A stretch of 63,845 bases of DNA, filler included. It is 6 parts of 6 records of this genome, joined end to end, with 100 filler letters (N's around TTAATTAATTAA, not from the genome) between each part and the next. Parts side by side here need not be neighbours in the genome. Positions count along the whole stretch, not along the records: positions 19,272 to 26,863 come from DRR723986_8733; positions 26,964 to 32,990 come from DRR723986_8735; 4 more parts are not named here. One strand, 5' to 3'. The notes under the pieces are model-generated. The model saw only the letters and a program-made list of their open reading frames with translations, was not told the origin of the DNA and did not search any database. Shown one piece after another: positions 20,543 through 29,869 of this stretch. A program made the translations under genes and the position numbers. Position 1 is the first letter of the stretch, and each line of letters begins with the position of its first letter.

Positions 20543-21331
20543 TTAGGCCCGTTGCGAAGAGCAGCTGATGATTTCTCCGGTCAGGTAGCTAGAATAATCT
20601 GACGCCAAAAACATCATGACGTTAGCCACTTCCCACACCTCGGCGCCGCGCCCGAAGGCTTCGCGGCCTTCCAGTTCGGCCAGCAATTCTTCTGGCGCTG
20701 ATTTCTTCAGCATCGGGTGAACCGCCAGCGACGGCGACACGGCGTTAATGCGCACGCCAAAATCGGCTGCTTCCAGCGCCGCGCAACGCGTCAGTGCCAT
20801 CACACCCGCCTTGGCAGCGGCATAGTGAGACTGCTCTTTTTGCGCGCGCCAGCCCAGTACCGAGGCATTGTTAACGATCACGCCAGCACCGCGAGCCTTC
20901 ATGGTGCGCATCATCTGGCGAGTCATGCGCATAGTGCCATTTAGGGTAACGTCGATGACCTTGTCCCACTCGGCGTCTTCCATATCGATCAATGACTTGG
21001 TGGTGCCAAGACCCGCGTTGTTAATCAATACGTCCACGCCACCGCAGAACTCTTCAGCAAAACCGATCAGCGCCTGAACATCATCCTCGACGGCAACATT
21101 GCAGACTTTACCAGCAACTTGCTCCAAGCCCGTTTCGCTTTTTAAACGCTCCACGGCATCGTTCAAGCGGCCCTCGTGGATGTCGCTAATAACAATACTC
21201 CGGCAGCCCTCTTCCACGGCGCGCTTAGCCGCCGCAAAGCCAATGCCGGCACCTGCCGCGGCGGTAATCAATACCGACTTGCCCTTGAGCAGGCCGTGGC
21301 CTGCCACGTATTCTGGAATCTTCACACTCAT
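20543..21331 (-). CDS. ipdF: SDR, IpdF/Rv3559c-like (5-oxo-HIP-CoA reductase)
   Basis: Atypical TAAAGAGIG cofactor motif, GHGLLxGK, NNASVLGWRAQ..QSHYAAAKAGVMALTRC, EAFGR..E.WEVA: matches the recalled Rv3559c sequence. Confidence 0.8.
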   Translation of the reverse strand: MSVKIPEYVAGHGLLKGKSVLITAAAGAGIGFAAAKRAVEEGCRSIVISDIHEGRLNDAVERLKSETGLEQVAGKVCNVAVEDDVQALIGFAEEFCGGVDVLINNAGLGTTKSLIDMEDAEWDKVIDVTLNGTMRMTRQMMRTMKARGAGVIVNNASVLGWRAQKEQSHYAAAKAGVMALTRCAALEAADFGVRINAVSPSLAVHPMLKKSAPEELLAELEGREAFGRGAEVWEVANVMMFLASDYSSYLTGEIISCSSQRA

Positions 21332-21401
21332 TCTATCGCTCCATTGCGCGCCGACCAGCGCAGCGCGTTTTTAACTGTCGTTGTGGTTGTTTGTTACGGC
21401 T

Positions 21402-22592
21402 TTACCACTTGGGTTCTTTGGGCATTCCCAAGCCGCGCTCGGCAATAATATTGCGCTGAATCTGGTTGGTGCCGCCGTAAATGGTATCTGAGCGGGTAAA
21501 CAAGAATAGCGACTGCAGACGGTTTAGCTCGTAGGGCGCCTCCGGCAAAATCGTCGCCTCCGGCCCCATAATATCCACCGCCAGCTCACCGAGGTCGCGG
21601 TGCCAGCTCGCCCAGTACAATTTGTAGATCAGCGCCTCTTTTTGCAGACTGCCGTCCCCCTTGTCGCCAGACAGCATACGCATGCTGTTGTAGCGCATAA
21701 TTTTCAGGCCAATGTGAGCCTGGGCAATTCGCTGGCGGATCTGAGGGTCGTTAGCCGCGCCGTTTTCACGGGCCAGTTTTACCACCTCGTTGAGCTCATT
21801 TTGGAAGGCCATTTGCTGACCGAGCGTGGATACGCCGCGCTCAAAACCGAGCAAGCCCATCGCCACTTTCCAGCCGTCGCCGGGTTCGCCAACAATGTCG
21901 TCGGCATCGCACTCGGCGTCGTCAAAAAACACTTCGTTAAACTCTGACGTGCCGGTAATTTGCTCGATGGGGCGCACCGTCACGCCGGGCTGATCCATTT
22001 TTACCAGGAAGAAGCCCAGCCCCTTATGCGCCTTTGAGTCAGGGTCGGTGCGGGCGATAACAAAGCAGTATTCCGACTCGTGGGCCAGTGAGGTCCAGAC
22101 CTTCTGACCATTGATTACCCATTTACCTTTTGCCTCGTCAAAGCGGGCCTTGGTTTTTACATTGGCCAGGTCTGAGCCGGCTCCCGGCTCGGAATAGCCC
22201 TGACACCAAAACTCTTTACCCGCCAGAATACCCGGCAGATACTTGGCTTTTTGTGCCTCGCTACCAAAGGCAATTAGTGTTGGCCCGGTAAGGCCGTCGC
22301 CGATATGACCCATACGACCGGGCGCACCGGCGCGGGCGTATTCTTCATAAAAAATCACTTGCTGCTCGATCGACAAACCACGGCCGCCGTATTCCGTTGG
22401 CCAGCCCACACAGGTCCAACCGCCTTCGGCCAGTTTTTGCTCCCAGCGTTTGCGCTCCTCCGGGAACATATGTTCGTCGCCGGGGCCACCGCGAAATTTG
22501 AGCTGGGCAAACTCACCGGTAAGATTGTCGGCCAACCAGCCCGCAATCTCTTTGCGGAAGGCTTCGTCTTTTTCGCTGAATTGTAATTTCAT
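21402..22592 (-). CDS. Acyl-CoA dehydrogenase, FadE30/IpdE1-like
   Basis: WLADNL.GEFA.LK..GGPG.EH, WCQGYSEPGAGSDLA, FERGVSTLGQQ, LFTRSDTIYGG. Confidence 0.85.
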   Translation of the reverse strand: MKLQFSEKDEAFRKEIAGWLADNLTGEFAQLKFRGGPGDEHMFPEERKRWEQKLAEGGWTCVGWPTEYGGRGLSIEQQVIFYEEYARAGAPGRMGHIGDGLTGPTLIAFGSEAQKAKYLPGILAGKEFWCQGYSEPGAGSDLANVKTKARFDEAKGKWVINGQKVWTSLAHESEYCFVIARTDPDSKAHKGLGFFLVKMDQPGVTVRPIEQITGTSEFNEVFFDDAECDADDIVGEPGDGWKVAMGLLGFERGVSTLGQQMAFQNELNEVVKLARENGAANDPQIRQRIAQAHIGLKIMRYNSMRMLSGDKGDGSLQKEALIYKLYWASWHRDLGELAVDIMGPEATILPEAPYELNRLQSLFLFTRSDTIYGGTNQIQRNIIAERGLGMPKEPKW

Positions 22593-22677
22593 ACTTGCTC
22601 TCGCTTAGCGTATTCGTTGCACACGCAGATCGTCGCGCGATCTATTTGCCTGCCAATGGCTGCTTATTACTTTGTGG

Positions 22678-23829
22678 CTATTCGCCGTCGAGCAGCAGGG
22701 CGGCAATGTTTTCGCGGTGTTGATCGCTGTTACCCAGCAGGTGTTCGCTGGCTTTGGCGCGTTTGAAATACAGGTGAACGTCGTATTCCCAGGTGAAGCC
22801 CACACCGCCGTGCATCTGCATGGCTTCGCCAGCATTTTTGAAATACGCCTCGGAGCACCAGGCCTTGGCGATACTGGCGGCTTCGGGAAGTTCGGCGCTA
22901 AGCTCGCCACCAGTGAGGGCTTCGTCGGCAACACAGGCCGCGTAGTAAATGGATGAACGCGCCACTTCGTTGCGCATCATCATGTCGGCCGCTTTGTGCT
23001 TAATAGACTGGAAGCTAGCAATCGGGCGATTAAATTGCTTGCGCTCTTGGGTGTACTCCACCGCTGACGACAGCAATTGCTGCATGCCGCCCGCTTGCTC
23101 TGCTGCCAGGGCAACAGTGGCCAGTTGCAGGGTTTTATTCAGTGCATCGGCCGCATCGTCTGACTCACACGTCAGCTTGGCACCGGCAGGCACGCGCAGG
23201 TCTTTAAGTTGTATGGCTGCCTGGCGACGCGTCTGGTCCATGGTCGGTAGTGCTTGGCGTTCAATACCGGCCGCTGCGGCATCCACAGCGAACAACTGCA
23301 CCGCATCGCTACCTTCTTCTTTAGCCGCAAGAATCAGCAATTCGGCACTGGCGCCGTCGATAACATAGCGGTAGTCACCGTTTAACAGATAATCGTCGCC
23401 GTCCTTGCGCGCACTGGCGTTGACCGAGTCGGCTGTCCAGCCGCCAGTATTGCTCCACGCCAGCGTCGCAGTTTTACCTTCGCAAATCGCGCCCAGGTGC
23501 TCGGCTTTTTGCTCTTCGGAACCCGCACACAGCAGTGCATTGGTGGCCAGGCACACGGTTGAGAAATACGGTGCGCACAGCAGGTAGCGGCCCATTTGTT
23601 CAACAATGGCGATCAGCTCGATATAGGAAAGCCCGAGACCACCGTAGGCCTCGGGAATATGAATGGCTTGCCAGTACATCTCACCACACAGGCGCTGCCA
23701 TAGCTCGGCATCGTAACCCAGCTCAGACACCATTGCGGTGCGCACCGCTTCGCTGGTAGATGTATCTTTAAGAAAGGCCTCCGCCGTATCGCGGATCATT
23801 TGCTGTTCGTCGGTAAACGCAAAATCCAT
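22678..23829 (-). CDS. Acyl-CoA dehydrogenase, partner (beta-type) subunit
   Basis: MDFAFTDEQQM, RKQFNRPIASFQSIKH, HGGVGFTWE; adjacent to the IpdE1-like gene, suggesting a heteromeric ACAD. Confidence 0.85.
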   Translation of the reverse strand: MDFAFTDEQQMIRDTAEAFLKDTSTSEAVRTAMVSELGYDAELWQRLCGEMYWQAIHIPEAYGGLGLSYIELIAIVEQMGRYLLCAPYFSTVCLATNALLCAGSEEQKAEHLGAICEGKTATLAWSNTGGWTADSVNASARKDGDDYLLNGDYRYVIDGASAELLILAAKEEGSDAVQLFAVDAAAAGIERQALPTMDQTRRQAAIQLKDLRVPAGAKLTCESDDAADALNKTLQLATVALAAEQAGGMQQLLSSAVEYTQERKQFNRPIASFQSIKHKAADMMMRNEVARSSIYYAACVADEALTGGELSAELPEAASIAKAWCSEAYFKNAGEAMQMHGGVGFTWEYDVHLYFKRAKASEHLLGNSDQHRENIAALLLDGE

Positions 23830-23863
23830 ACAGACTCCAGTTCACGACGGAGACCCCGTGACC

Positions 23864-24403
23864 TTACAGCCGCAGCTGCAAGCGCACAAAGGGACCGTCT
23901 TCAAAGTCGAACTCACCGCCCTTCTCGGCGTCGAATTCGATGTCACCAAATCCCAGCTGAATTGCTGAGTTTTGAAAGATTGATATTTCAGCGCTAAGCG
24001 ACCATTCGCTGTAGCCGTCCACGTCGCTAAAACCAGTGGCTTCAGGGCCGTAGTAAATACCGCCGCGCAAACGTAATACGTCGTTCAGTGGCAGGCTCAG
24101 ATCACCGCCAAAGGCCATAACGCCACCATCGAAACCGCTGTCGTCGGCCGTCAGCGTCACGGCTTTGGCACCCACGCGGCCGGTTAAGGCGCCGCGACGG
24201 CCGTTGGCATACAGGCCGGCAGACAGCAGGTCTGCATCGTCTTCGTGGTGCAACCAGTCGAACTGCGCACTGGTTTCGGGGCCGATGTCGCCGGCAATCG
24301 ACGCCCCAAAGCTTTCGTCGCCAAAGCGGAAGGCAACGCCTCCCGCCATAGCGCTATGCGCAGTGGTGGCAAGCAGTACGGCAGCGAGTAGCGGTGATTT
24401 CAT
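23864..24403 (-). CDS. YfaZ-like outer-membrane beta-barrel protein
   Basis: Signal peptide (AHSAMA), 179 aa, alternating beta-strand pattern, YYGP, FEDGPFVRLQLRL C-terminus. Confidence 0.65.
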   Translation of the reverse strand: MKSPLLAAVLLATTAHSAMAGGVAFRFGDESFGASIAGDIGPETSAQFDWLHHEDDADLLSAGLYANGRRGALTGRVGAKAVTLTADDSGFDGGVMAFGGDLSLPLNDVLRLRGGIYYGPEATGFSDVDGYSEWSLSAEISIFQNSAIQLGFGDIEFDAEKGGEFDFEDGPFVRLQLRL

Positions 24404-24438
24404 GGTGTTGATTCTCCGTGGATTGATGTCCTAGAAAA

Positions 24439-25323
24439 TCAGCTACCATACACTTTCTGCGCGGGAACTGCCTCTGCCAATAGCTTCTCGACAGCCTGGC
24501 CAACTTCCGCTGGTGCCCAGCGATCGCCTTTATCGACCTCAGGGCCTTTACGCCAGCCATCGGCAATGGAAATTTTGCCGCCCTCGGCTTCAAATACTTT
24601 GCCGCTCACTGAGGCTGCTTCCGCGCTCGCCAACCACACCAACAATGACGACACGTTTTCCGGCGCCCAATAGTCAAAGCTGCCATCGTCCGGCTTGGCC
24701 ATGCGCTGCGCCATGGATTCAACGGCAGTTGTCATGCCTGTGCGGGCCGCTGGCGCGATCGCGTTGGCAGTAATACCGTAGCGCGCCAGCTCGGCGGCCT
24801 GGTTAAGCGTAAGCGCCGCAATACCGGCCTTGGCCGCTGCGTAGTTCGACTGACCAACAGAGCCTTGCAGGCCAGCACCGGAGGTGGTGTTGATAATGCG
24901 TGCATCCACGGCCTTGCCCTCTTTGGACTGACCGCGCCAGTAGTGAACCGCATGGGAGGTGATGCAGAAATGGCCCTTCAGGTGAACCGCCATAATGGCG
25001 TCCCAATCGGCTTCGGTCATTGAGGCGAACATGCGGTCGCGGTTAATACCCGCGTTGTTCAGCACCACATGCAGGTCGCCAAAGGTATCAATGGCCTGCT
25101 TTACCGCATTGAGGCTATCGTCGTAGTTGGTGATATCTGAGGTGTTAACGATCGCGGTGCCGCCAGCGGCCGTGATCTCATCAACCACTTTTTGCGCAGC
25201 GTCTTGATTAATATCGTTAACGATCACCTTGGCGCCTTCACTGGCAAATACCTTGGCGTGTGCCGCGCCCAAACCACCACCGGCACCGGTGATAATCACT
25301 ACACGATCCTGACAAATACCCAT
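24439..25323 (-). CDS. SDR, Rv3548c/ScdE-like
   Basis: TGAGGGLG, AVHLKGHF, ARIINTTSGAGLQGSVGQSNY, APENVS.L.VWL, VYG C-terminus. Confidence 0.85.
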   Translation of the reverse strand: MGICQDRVVIITGAGGGLGAAHAKVFASEGAKVIVNDINQDAAQKVVDEITAAGGTAIVNTSDITNYDDSLNAVKQAIDTFGDLHVVLNNAGINRDRMFASMTEADWDAIMAVHLKGHFCITSHAVHYWRGQSKEGKAVDARIINTTSGAGLQGSVGQSNYAAAKAGIAALTLNQAAELARYGITANAIAPAARTGMTTAVESMAQRMAKPDDGSFDYWAPENVSSLLVWLASAEAASVSGKVFEAEGGKISIADGWRKGPEVDKGDRWAPAEVGQAVEKLLAEAVPAQKVYGS

Positions 25324-25390
25324 TGCAGATCCTCTCTTGTTTCTTCTCTGCGCCGATCACACGGCGCGCTTAAATTCGAATTTCCACCGC

Positions 25391-25522
25391 TACTGAGAGC
25401 GTCAGCTGCGTGTGGCTGGCAAGGCGCCGAGACGTTTTAAGTCGGGAGTTTACAAAGCCGTAAATGACCGTCTTAAAAAGGCTTGGCAACGCCGCCAGCC
25501 GCTTGCAGATGGCGTTCCGCTA
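25391..25522. repeat. ERIC-like miniature inverted-repeat element
   Basis: ~130-nt imperfect palindrome with core GGGAGTTTAC-aaagcc-GTAAATGACC and arms TTTTAAG/CTTAAAA and GGCTGGC/GCCAGCC. Confidence 0.6.
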
Positions 25523-26668
25523 TAGACGCTCGATGATGGTGACATTCGCCTGACCACCACCCTCACACATGGTCTGCAAACCATAGCGACCACCGCTGCG
25601 CTCCAGCTCATGCAACAGCGTTGTCATCAAGCGCGTGCCGGTCGCCCCCAGTGGGTGACCCAGAGCAATGCCGCCGCCGTTGATATTGGTTTTAGCGTGG
25701 TCGTAGCCGGTTTCCTTAAGCCACGCCATGACGACTGAGGCAAAGGCTTCGTTGATTTCAACAACATCGATATCCGCCAGGCTCATGCCAGCTTTTTTCA
25801 GAGCATACTCCGTGGCGGGAATCGGCGCAGTCAGCATCCAAATTGGATCGTCTGCGCGCACACTCATATGGTGAATACGTGCACGCGGCGTTAAGTTGTA
25901 ACGCTTGAGCGCCGCTTCGCTCACCACCAACACGGCGCTTGAGCCGTCACAGGTTTGGCTGGACACCGCGGCAGTGACTTTGTCGCAACCGAACAGGTAA
26001 TCCAGCTCGGCCATTTTTTCCAAGCTCGTCTCGCGGGGTGTTTCATCGTGTTGAACGCCAGCCAGAGGCAGCACTTCACGGTCAAAGCGGCCTTCTTTAA
26101 TGGCCTGCAATGCGCGGCGGTGCGATTCCAGCGAGTACTCTTCCAGATCGCGACGACTCAGCTCCCACTTGTCGGCAATCATCTGCGCGGAATTGAATTG
26201 CGTTGGCGGCTTAGCGCCGTAACGGGCAACCCAGCCTTCAGAGCCGGAGAACGGGTCTTTAAAGCCCAGCGGCTCAGCGGCTGTCATGGCCGAAGAAATG
26301 GGGATCTGGGTCATGGTTTGCACGCCGCCGGCGATCACTACATCTTGGGTGCCAGACATTACCGCCTGCGCCGCGAAGTGAACCGCCTGCTGCGAGGAAC
26401 CGCACTGACGGTCAATAGTGGTGCCCGGCACCTCTTGCGACAGGCCCGCTGCCAGCCAAGCTGTGCGCGCGATGTCACCGGCCAAGGGGCCGATGGTATC
26501 GACGCAGCCGAAGATCACGTCGTCGTATTCGTTATCGGGAATGCCGTTGCGCTCAACAATGGCTTTGAGCACGTGAGCGCCAAGGTCGGCTCCGTGGATC
26601 TGCGCCAAGCCGCCCTTGCGACGCCCGGTGGGGCTTCTCACTGCATCGACAATATAGGCTTCTGCCAT
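25520..26668 (-). CDS. Thiolase, FadA6/ScdF-like
   Basis: MAEAYIVDAVR, DRQCGSSQQA, QIPISSAM, RYGLQTMCEGGGQANVTIIERL, similar to recalled Rv3556c. Confidence 0.88.
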   Translation of the reverse strand: MAEAYIVDAVRSPTGRRKGGLAQIHGADLGAHVLKAIVERNGIPDNEYDDVIFGCVDTIGPLAGDIARTAWLAAGLSQEVPGTTIDRQCGSSQQAVHFAAQAVMSGTQDVVIAGGVQTMTQIPISSAMTAAEPLGFKDPFSGSEGWVARYGAKPPTQFNSAQMIADKWELSRRDLEEYSLESHRRALQAIKEGRFDREVLPLAGVQHDETPRETSLEKMAELDYLFGCDKVTAAVSSQTCDGSSAVLVVSEAALKRYNLTPRARIHHMSVRADDPIWMLTAPIPATEYALKKAGMSLADIDVVEINEAFASVVMAWLKETGYDHAKTNINGGGIALGHPLGATGTRLMTTLLHELERSGGRYGLQTMCEGGGQANVTIIERL

Positions 26669-26712
26669 GATAATTTCCTCTTATTGCCCGCTCAGCAGGC
26701 GATACCCGTCAA

Positions 26713-26862
26713 TTAAAAAGTTGCGCCAGCACCGAGTGCGGCGTTTTCGGCCAGCAGTGCGGCGGCCACGCGATTTTTGTGAAAGCCCGCCGTGCCATAA
26801 CTGCTGTTGAACGCCCAGGCGCGCTTCATAAAGATGTGCAGGTCCACTTCCCAGGTGTAGCC
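26713..26862 (-). CDS. Acyl-CoA dehydrogenase C-terminus (FadE32-like), 5'-truncated
   Basis: Manual translation: GYTWEVDLHIFMKRAWAFNSSYGTAGFHKNRVAAALLAENAALGAGATF*. Confidence 0.75.
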   Translation of the reverse strand, partial: GYTWEVDLHIFMKRAWAFNSSYGTAGFHKNRVAAALLAENAALGAGATF

Positions 26863-26863
26863 C

Positions 26864-26963
26864 NNNNNNNNNNNNNNNNNNNNNNNNNNNNNNNNNNNNN
26901 NNNNNNNTTAATTAATTAANNNNNNNNNNNNNNNNNNNNNNNNNNNNNNNNNNNNNNNNNNNN
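26864..26963. other. Artificial contig spacer
   Basis: N-run, TTAATTAATTAA, N-run. Confidence 0.98.
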
Positions 26964-27016
26964 GGAGCGGCTGGCTCAAACAAGAAAATTCTTCGCAAGC
27001 AGTTTGGTATTAAACG

Positions 27017-28396
27017 TTATTGAGCGACTTCATCAATAAAAATAGCCGGAAGCTGTGAGAGTGGAATCTGCGGCAGGTCCGCCCCGTATTGCGTATTTAT
27101 CAGCCCCAGTAGTTCGTTGGCTACCGCGCCATAACCGCGTGAACACGGATGCACACCATCCAGGCTAAAGATTCCACCGGAGATAAAATCAGCCGTCAGC
27201 GGTGAAGAACCGATCATTGGATAACCATTCGCTTTGATGCTGTTAAACACGGCATTAACATCAAAGAGCGTCACCTTGTCATACTGCGCAGCAGCTGCCT
27301 GGATGGCCGCATTGTACGCCACGATCAAAGTTTCTACGCGCTCAACTTCGATAGCGTCGAGCACATACTGGTTCGGAATTGGAGTCAATGTCCCCCAGCC
27401 GGAAGCCAACGAGTCCGTCGGCAACGTTAACAGAATGCGATCCTCGGCCGTCGCCTGTTTAAAACCACCGGGCGAACCAGGGCTAAAAAACACCGGGCCA
27501 TTCGCGCCCGCCTGAAAACTGAAACCAAGCGCCTTATAATCGGGCACCTCGTTAAGCTGCGCAGCCTGCTCGGCTCCCAGCGGCAAAACATTCCACGGAA
27601 TCGTCGAGAAGAATGGAATTGTCGTAATCTCAGGAATGTTTAGAACAAACACTTCCGTGTCCGGCATTAAATTTGTGACTTGCTCCAGTAACAGGTTATA
27701 CGAGGCTGCAAAAGCTTCGGCCTCGGTCGGTTCAGGCAGAATCTGACTACCGACTCCACCGGAATTTGCCCACAACAAGACGTCATTATTACCCGTCCAA
27801 ATTACCAGGACATCCGGATTTAAACCCGCAGCCTGTTCCACCAGCGAGTTGCCGAAAGCCTTGCTGCGCGCTACAGCGTTGTAAAACAAATTGGGGTTGG
27901 CCGAGTAGTCACCATCATAGGTCATATCGGCTACCAATGCACCGGGAACACCCAGCAGGTTATATGCCTGCGGCAGATCGGCGTTGGTAGGACCGTTAAC
28001 AAATGACTGGCGTACGGTGCGTGGGTTGCCGGCGTCATCAAAACCCAACAGACTTACGCGTGGGAAACCGGCACCGGGGTCGGGAACGATAGGACGCTCA
28101 AAGTCGCTAATCCCCATCTGCTGCGCCAATAGGTTAACAAAACCATTCGTGGCTGCGCGCTCATACAGAGCGCCGTCCTGAATTCCGGCTATAAGGCTGC
28201 CGCCCAGACCAACCAAAACCGGCGGGCCTTCACCAGTATGCAAACTGCCGTATTCACTTGTTGAAGAAGGGTCCGCAATGTCCGGATCACAGCCAAACAG
28301 TACGCCCGCACAAAGTGCACTTAAACAAAAGCCCCACAAATACGGAGCAGCCGCACGCTCTTGTTTGCGGCCTGTAGTAGTGAGAAATCGTAACAT
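27017..28396 (-). CDS. SGNH/GDSL-family lipolytic lipoprotein
   Basis: Lipobox LFGC; block I GGSL, block II LGVPGA, block III GNNDVL, block V SLDGVHP. Confidence 0.85.
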   Translation of the reverse strand: MLRFLTTTGRKQERAAAPYLWGFCLSALCAGVLFGCDPDIADPSSTSEYGSLHTGEGPPVLVGLGGSLIAGIQDGALYERAATNGFVNLLAQQMGISDFERPIVPDPGAGFPRVSLLGFDDAGNPRTVRQSFVNGPTNADLPQAYNLLGVPGALVADMTYDGDYSANPNLFYNAVARSKAFGNSLVEQAAGLNPDVLVIWTGNNDVLLWANSGGVGSQILPEPTEAEAFAASYNLLLEQVTNLMPDTEVFVLNIPEITTIPFFSTIPWNVLPLGAEQAAQLNEVPDYKALGFSFQAGANGPVFFSPGSPGGFKQATAEDRILLTLPTDSLASGWGTLTPIPNQYVLDAIEVERVETLIVAYNAAIQAAAAQYDKVTLFDVNAVFNSIKANGYPMIGSSPLTADFISGGIFSLDGVHPCSRGYGAVANELLGLINTQYGADLPQIPLSQLPAIFIDEVAQ

Positions 28397-28463
28397 GTAT
28401 TATCCCAGGGAATTTTTCTCAGGTAGAATTCAAAACACGATCAGCCCGAAGCATTACAGTGGC

Positions 28464-29738
28464 TTAACGGAAGCCATAGTTAAACGTGATGCTGCCAACA
28501 TTGGCCCAGGCATTGTAAATCCCGTCGAAGTTAACCGGACTGTCAACAACCTCACGCTGTGCGCCGTGAATAATCAGCACTGCCAGGTCCATTGTTAAAC
28601 CATCCGTCAGGGCAACTCCATAACCGAGCGAAAATCCATAACGATCGGCGTCAGGAAGTATCGGCTGCGTGTAACGCGGCTCAACCGGCACGGCATCCAG
28701 GTATACGCCGGCGCGCAAGCTGGAAACATCCGAAATGCGATATTCCGCCGACAGCTGATAGATAAATGAATCCTCGTAGTTGCGCGGACTGTCAAGTGTT
28801 GTTGAAGTTGTAGGTGAGCCCGGCGCTTTATCGAAGTTAATCGACAGTGTGTCGTACGATGACCAGCCAACATAATCTACTCCGGCCGCCAAAAGCAATT
28901 CCGGTGTTGCCTGCCAGCCAATGCCGACGCGCAAATCAAAGGGCAGGTTAATCGCAGTTGACCCGCCACCTTGCTGAAACAGCGGTGCCAGCTCAGGATC
29001 GACATCGTAGGTTGCTTCACCTTCGTATTCAAACTCCAGGTTGTGCCGGTAGGAAGCACCAATAAAGATGTCTTCAGTTGGCGTATAGGTTGCACCTACG
29101 TTAAACGAGAAGGCATCGTCATCACCTTCCAGCTCAACGGTGGGACGCGGCTCAAAACTGATAATGCGCTGACGCAACAAAACAGAGCTGTGTGCATAGA
29201 CGGCACCAACGCTCAATGAGAGCTTGTCGTCAAACATTTCATACGCAATATTCGGGTTGACCGCGATTGTCTGCAGCGAAGCGCGCAATGCCAATCCTTC
29301 GCCGACCCAGCCTACGGGCCATTCGGTACCCAGGCCGTAGGGCACAAAAACGCCGAGCCCCACAGCCCAGTCGCTTTCTTCATCATGCCACACGCCATAG
29401 AGATGCGGAATGACGAAGATTTCGTCCTCCAACTCTGAGGTCGTGAAATCGTTAAAATTTGTAGGACCAGTAAACTTGGCTCCCGGAGCGATCAGGGCAA
29501 CACCGCCGCTAAACTGAAAACCGTCCGGCAGCTGCGTCATCCCCGCCGGATTGTAGAAGACCGTCGAGGCATCATCCCCACGGTAAGCGGTATTAAACCC
29601 CATTGAAATTGAACGTGCAGAATTATCATTAAGCTGAAATCCACCGGCGCTGAGCGGCACAGCATCAAGGCCAAGAAGAACAAGCAGAAGAGAACTCGAA
29701 AGAAGACCCAACAGACTAGTACGTAATGCGTGTTTCAC
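28464..29738 (-). CDS. OmpP1/FadL-family outer-membrane transporter
   Basis: GGFQL after the signal peptide, DDASTVFYNPAG, PYGL, LPDADR. Confidence 0.92.
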   Translation of the reverse strand: MKHALRTSLLGLLSSSLLLVLLGLDAVPLSAGGFQLNDNSARSISMGFNTAYRGDDASTVFYNPAGMTQLPDGFQFSGGVALIAPGAKFTGPTNFNDFTTSELEDEIFVIPHLYGVWHDEESDWAVGLGVFVPYGLGTEWPVGWVGEGLALRASLQTIAVNPNIAYEMFDDKLSLSVGAVYAHSSVLLRQRIISFEPRPTVELEGDDDAFSFNVGATYTPTEDIFIGASYRHNLEFEYEGEATYDVDPELAPLFQQGGGSTAINLPFDLRVGIGWQATPELLLAAGVDYVGWSSYDTLSINFDKAPGSPTTSTTLDSPRNYEDSFIYQLSAEYRISDVSSLRAGVYLDAVPVEPRYTQPILPDADRYGFSLGYGVALTDGLTMDLAVLIIHGAQREVVDSPVNFDGIYNAWANVGSITFNYGFR

Positions 29739-29869
29739 GGAGCCGCCTTACATTTGTTAATGGAATTTGCGTTAAGTTGTGTATAAATTCCGAGAGATTC
29801 CAAAAATATTTTTCATTCAATTTATCTTCCGCTGTAACTGCAACTGTTGTCAGTTGATCATCAGTCTCT

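Noticed and set aside
19272..29738. Apparent lipid/steroid super-cluster joining the HIP genes with the FadL/lipase pair
   Set aside because: The two groups lie on different contigs separated by an artificial spacer and appear to come from different phyla.
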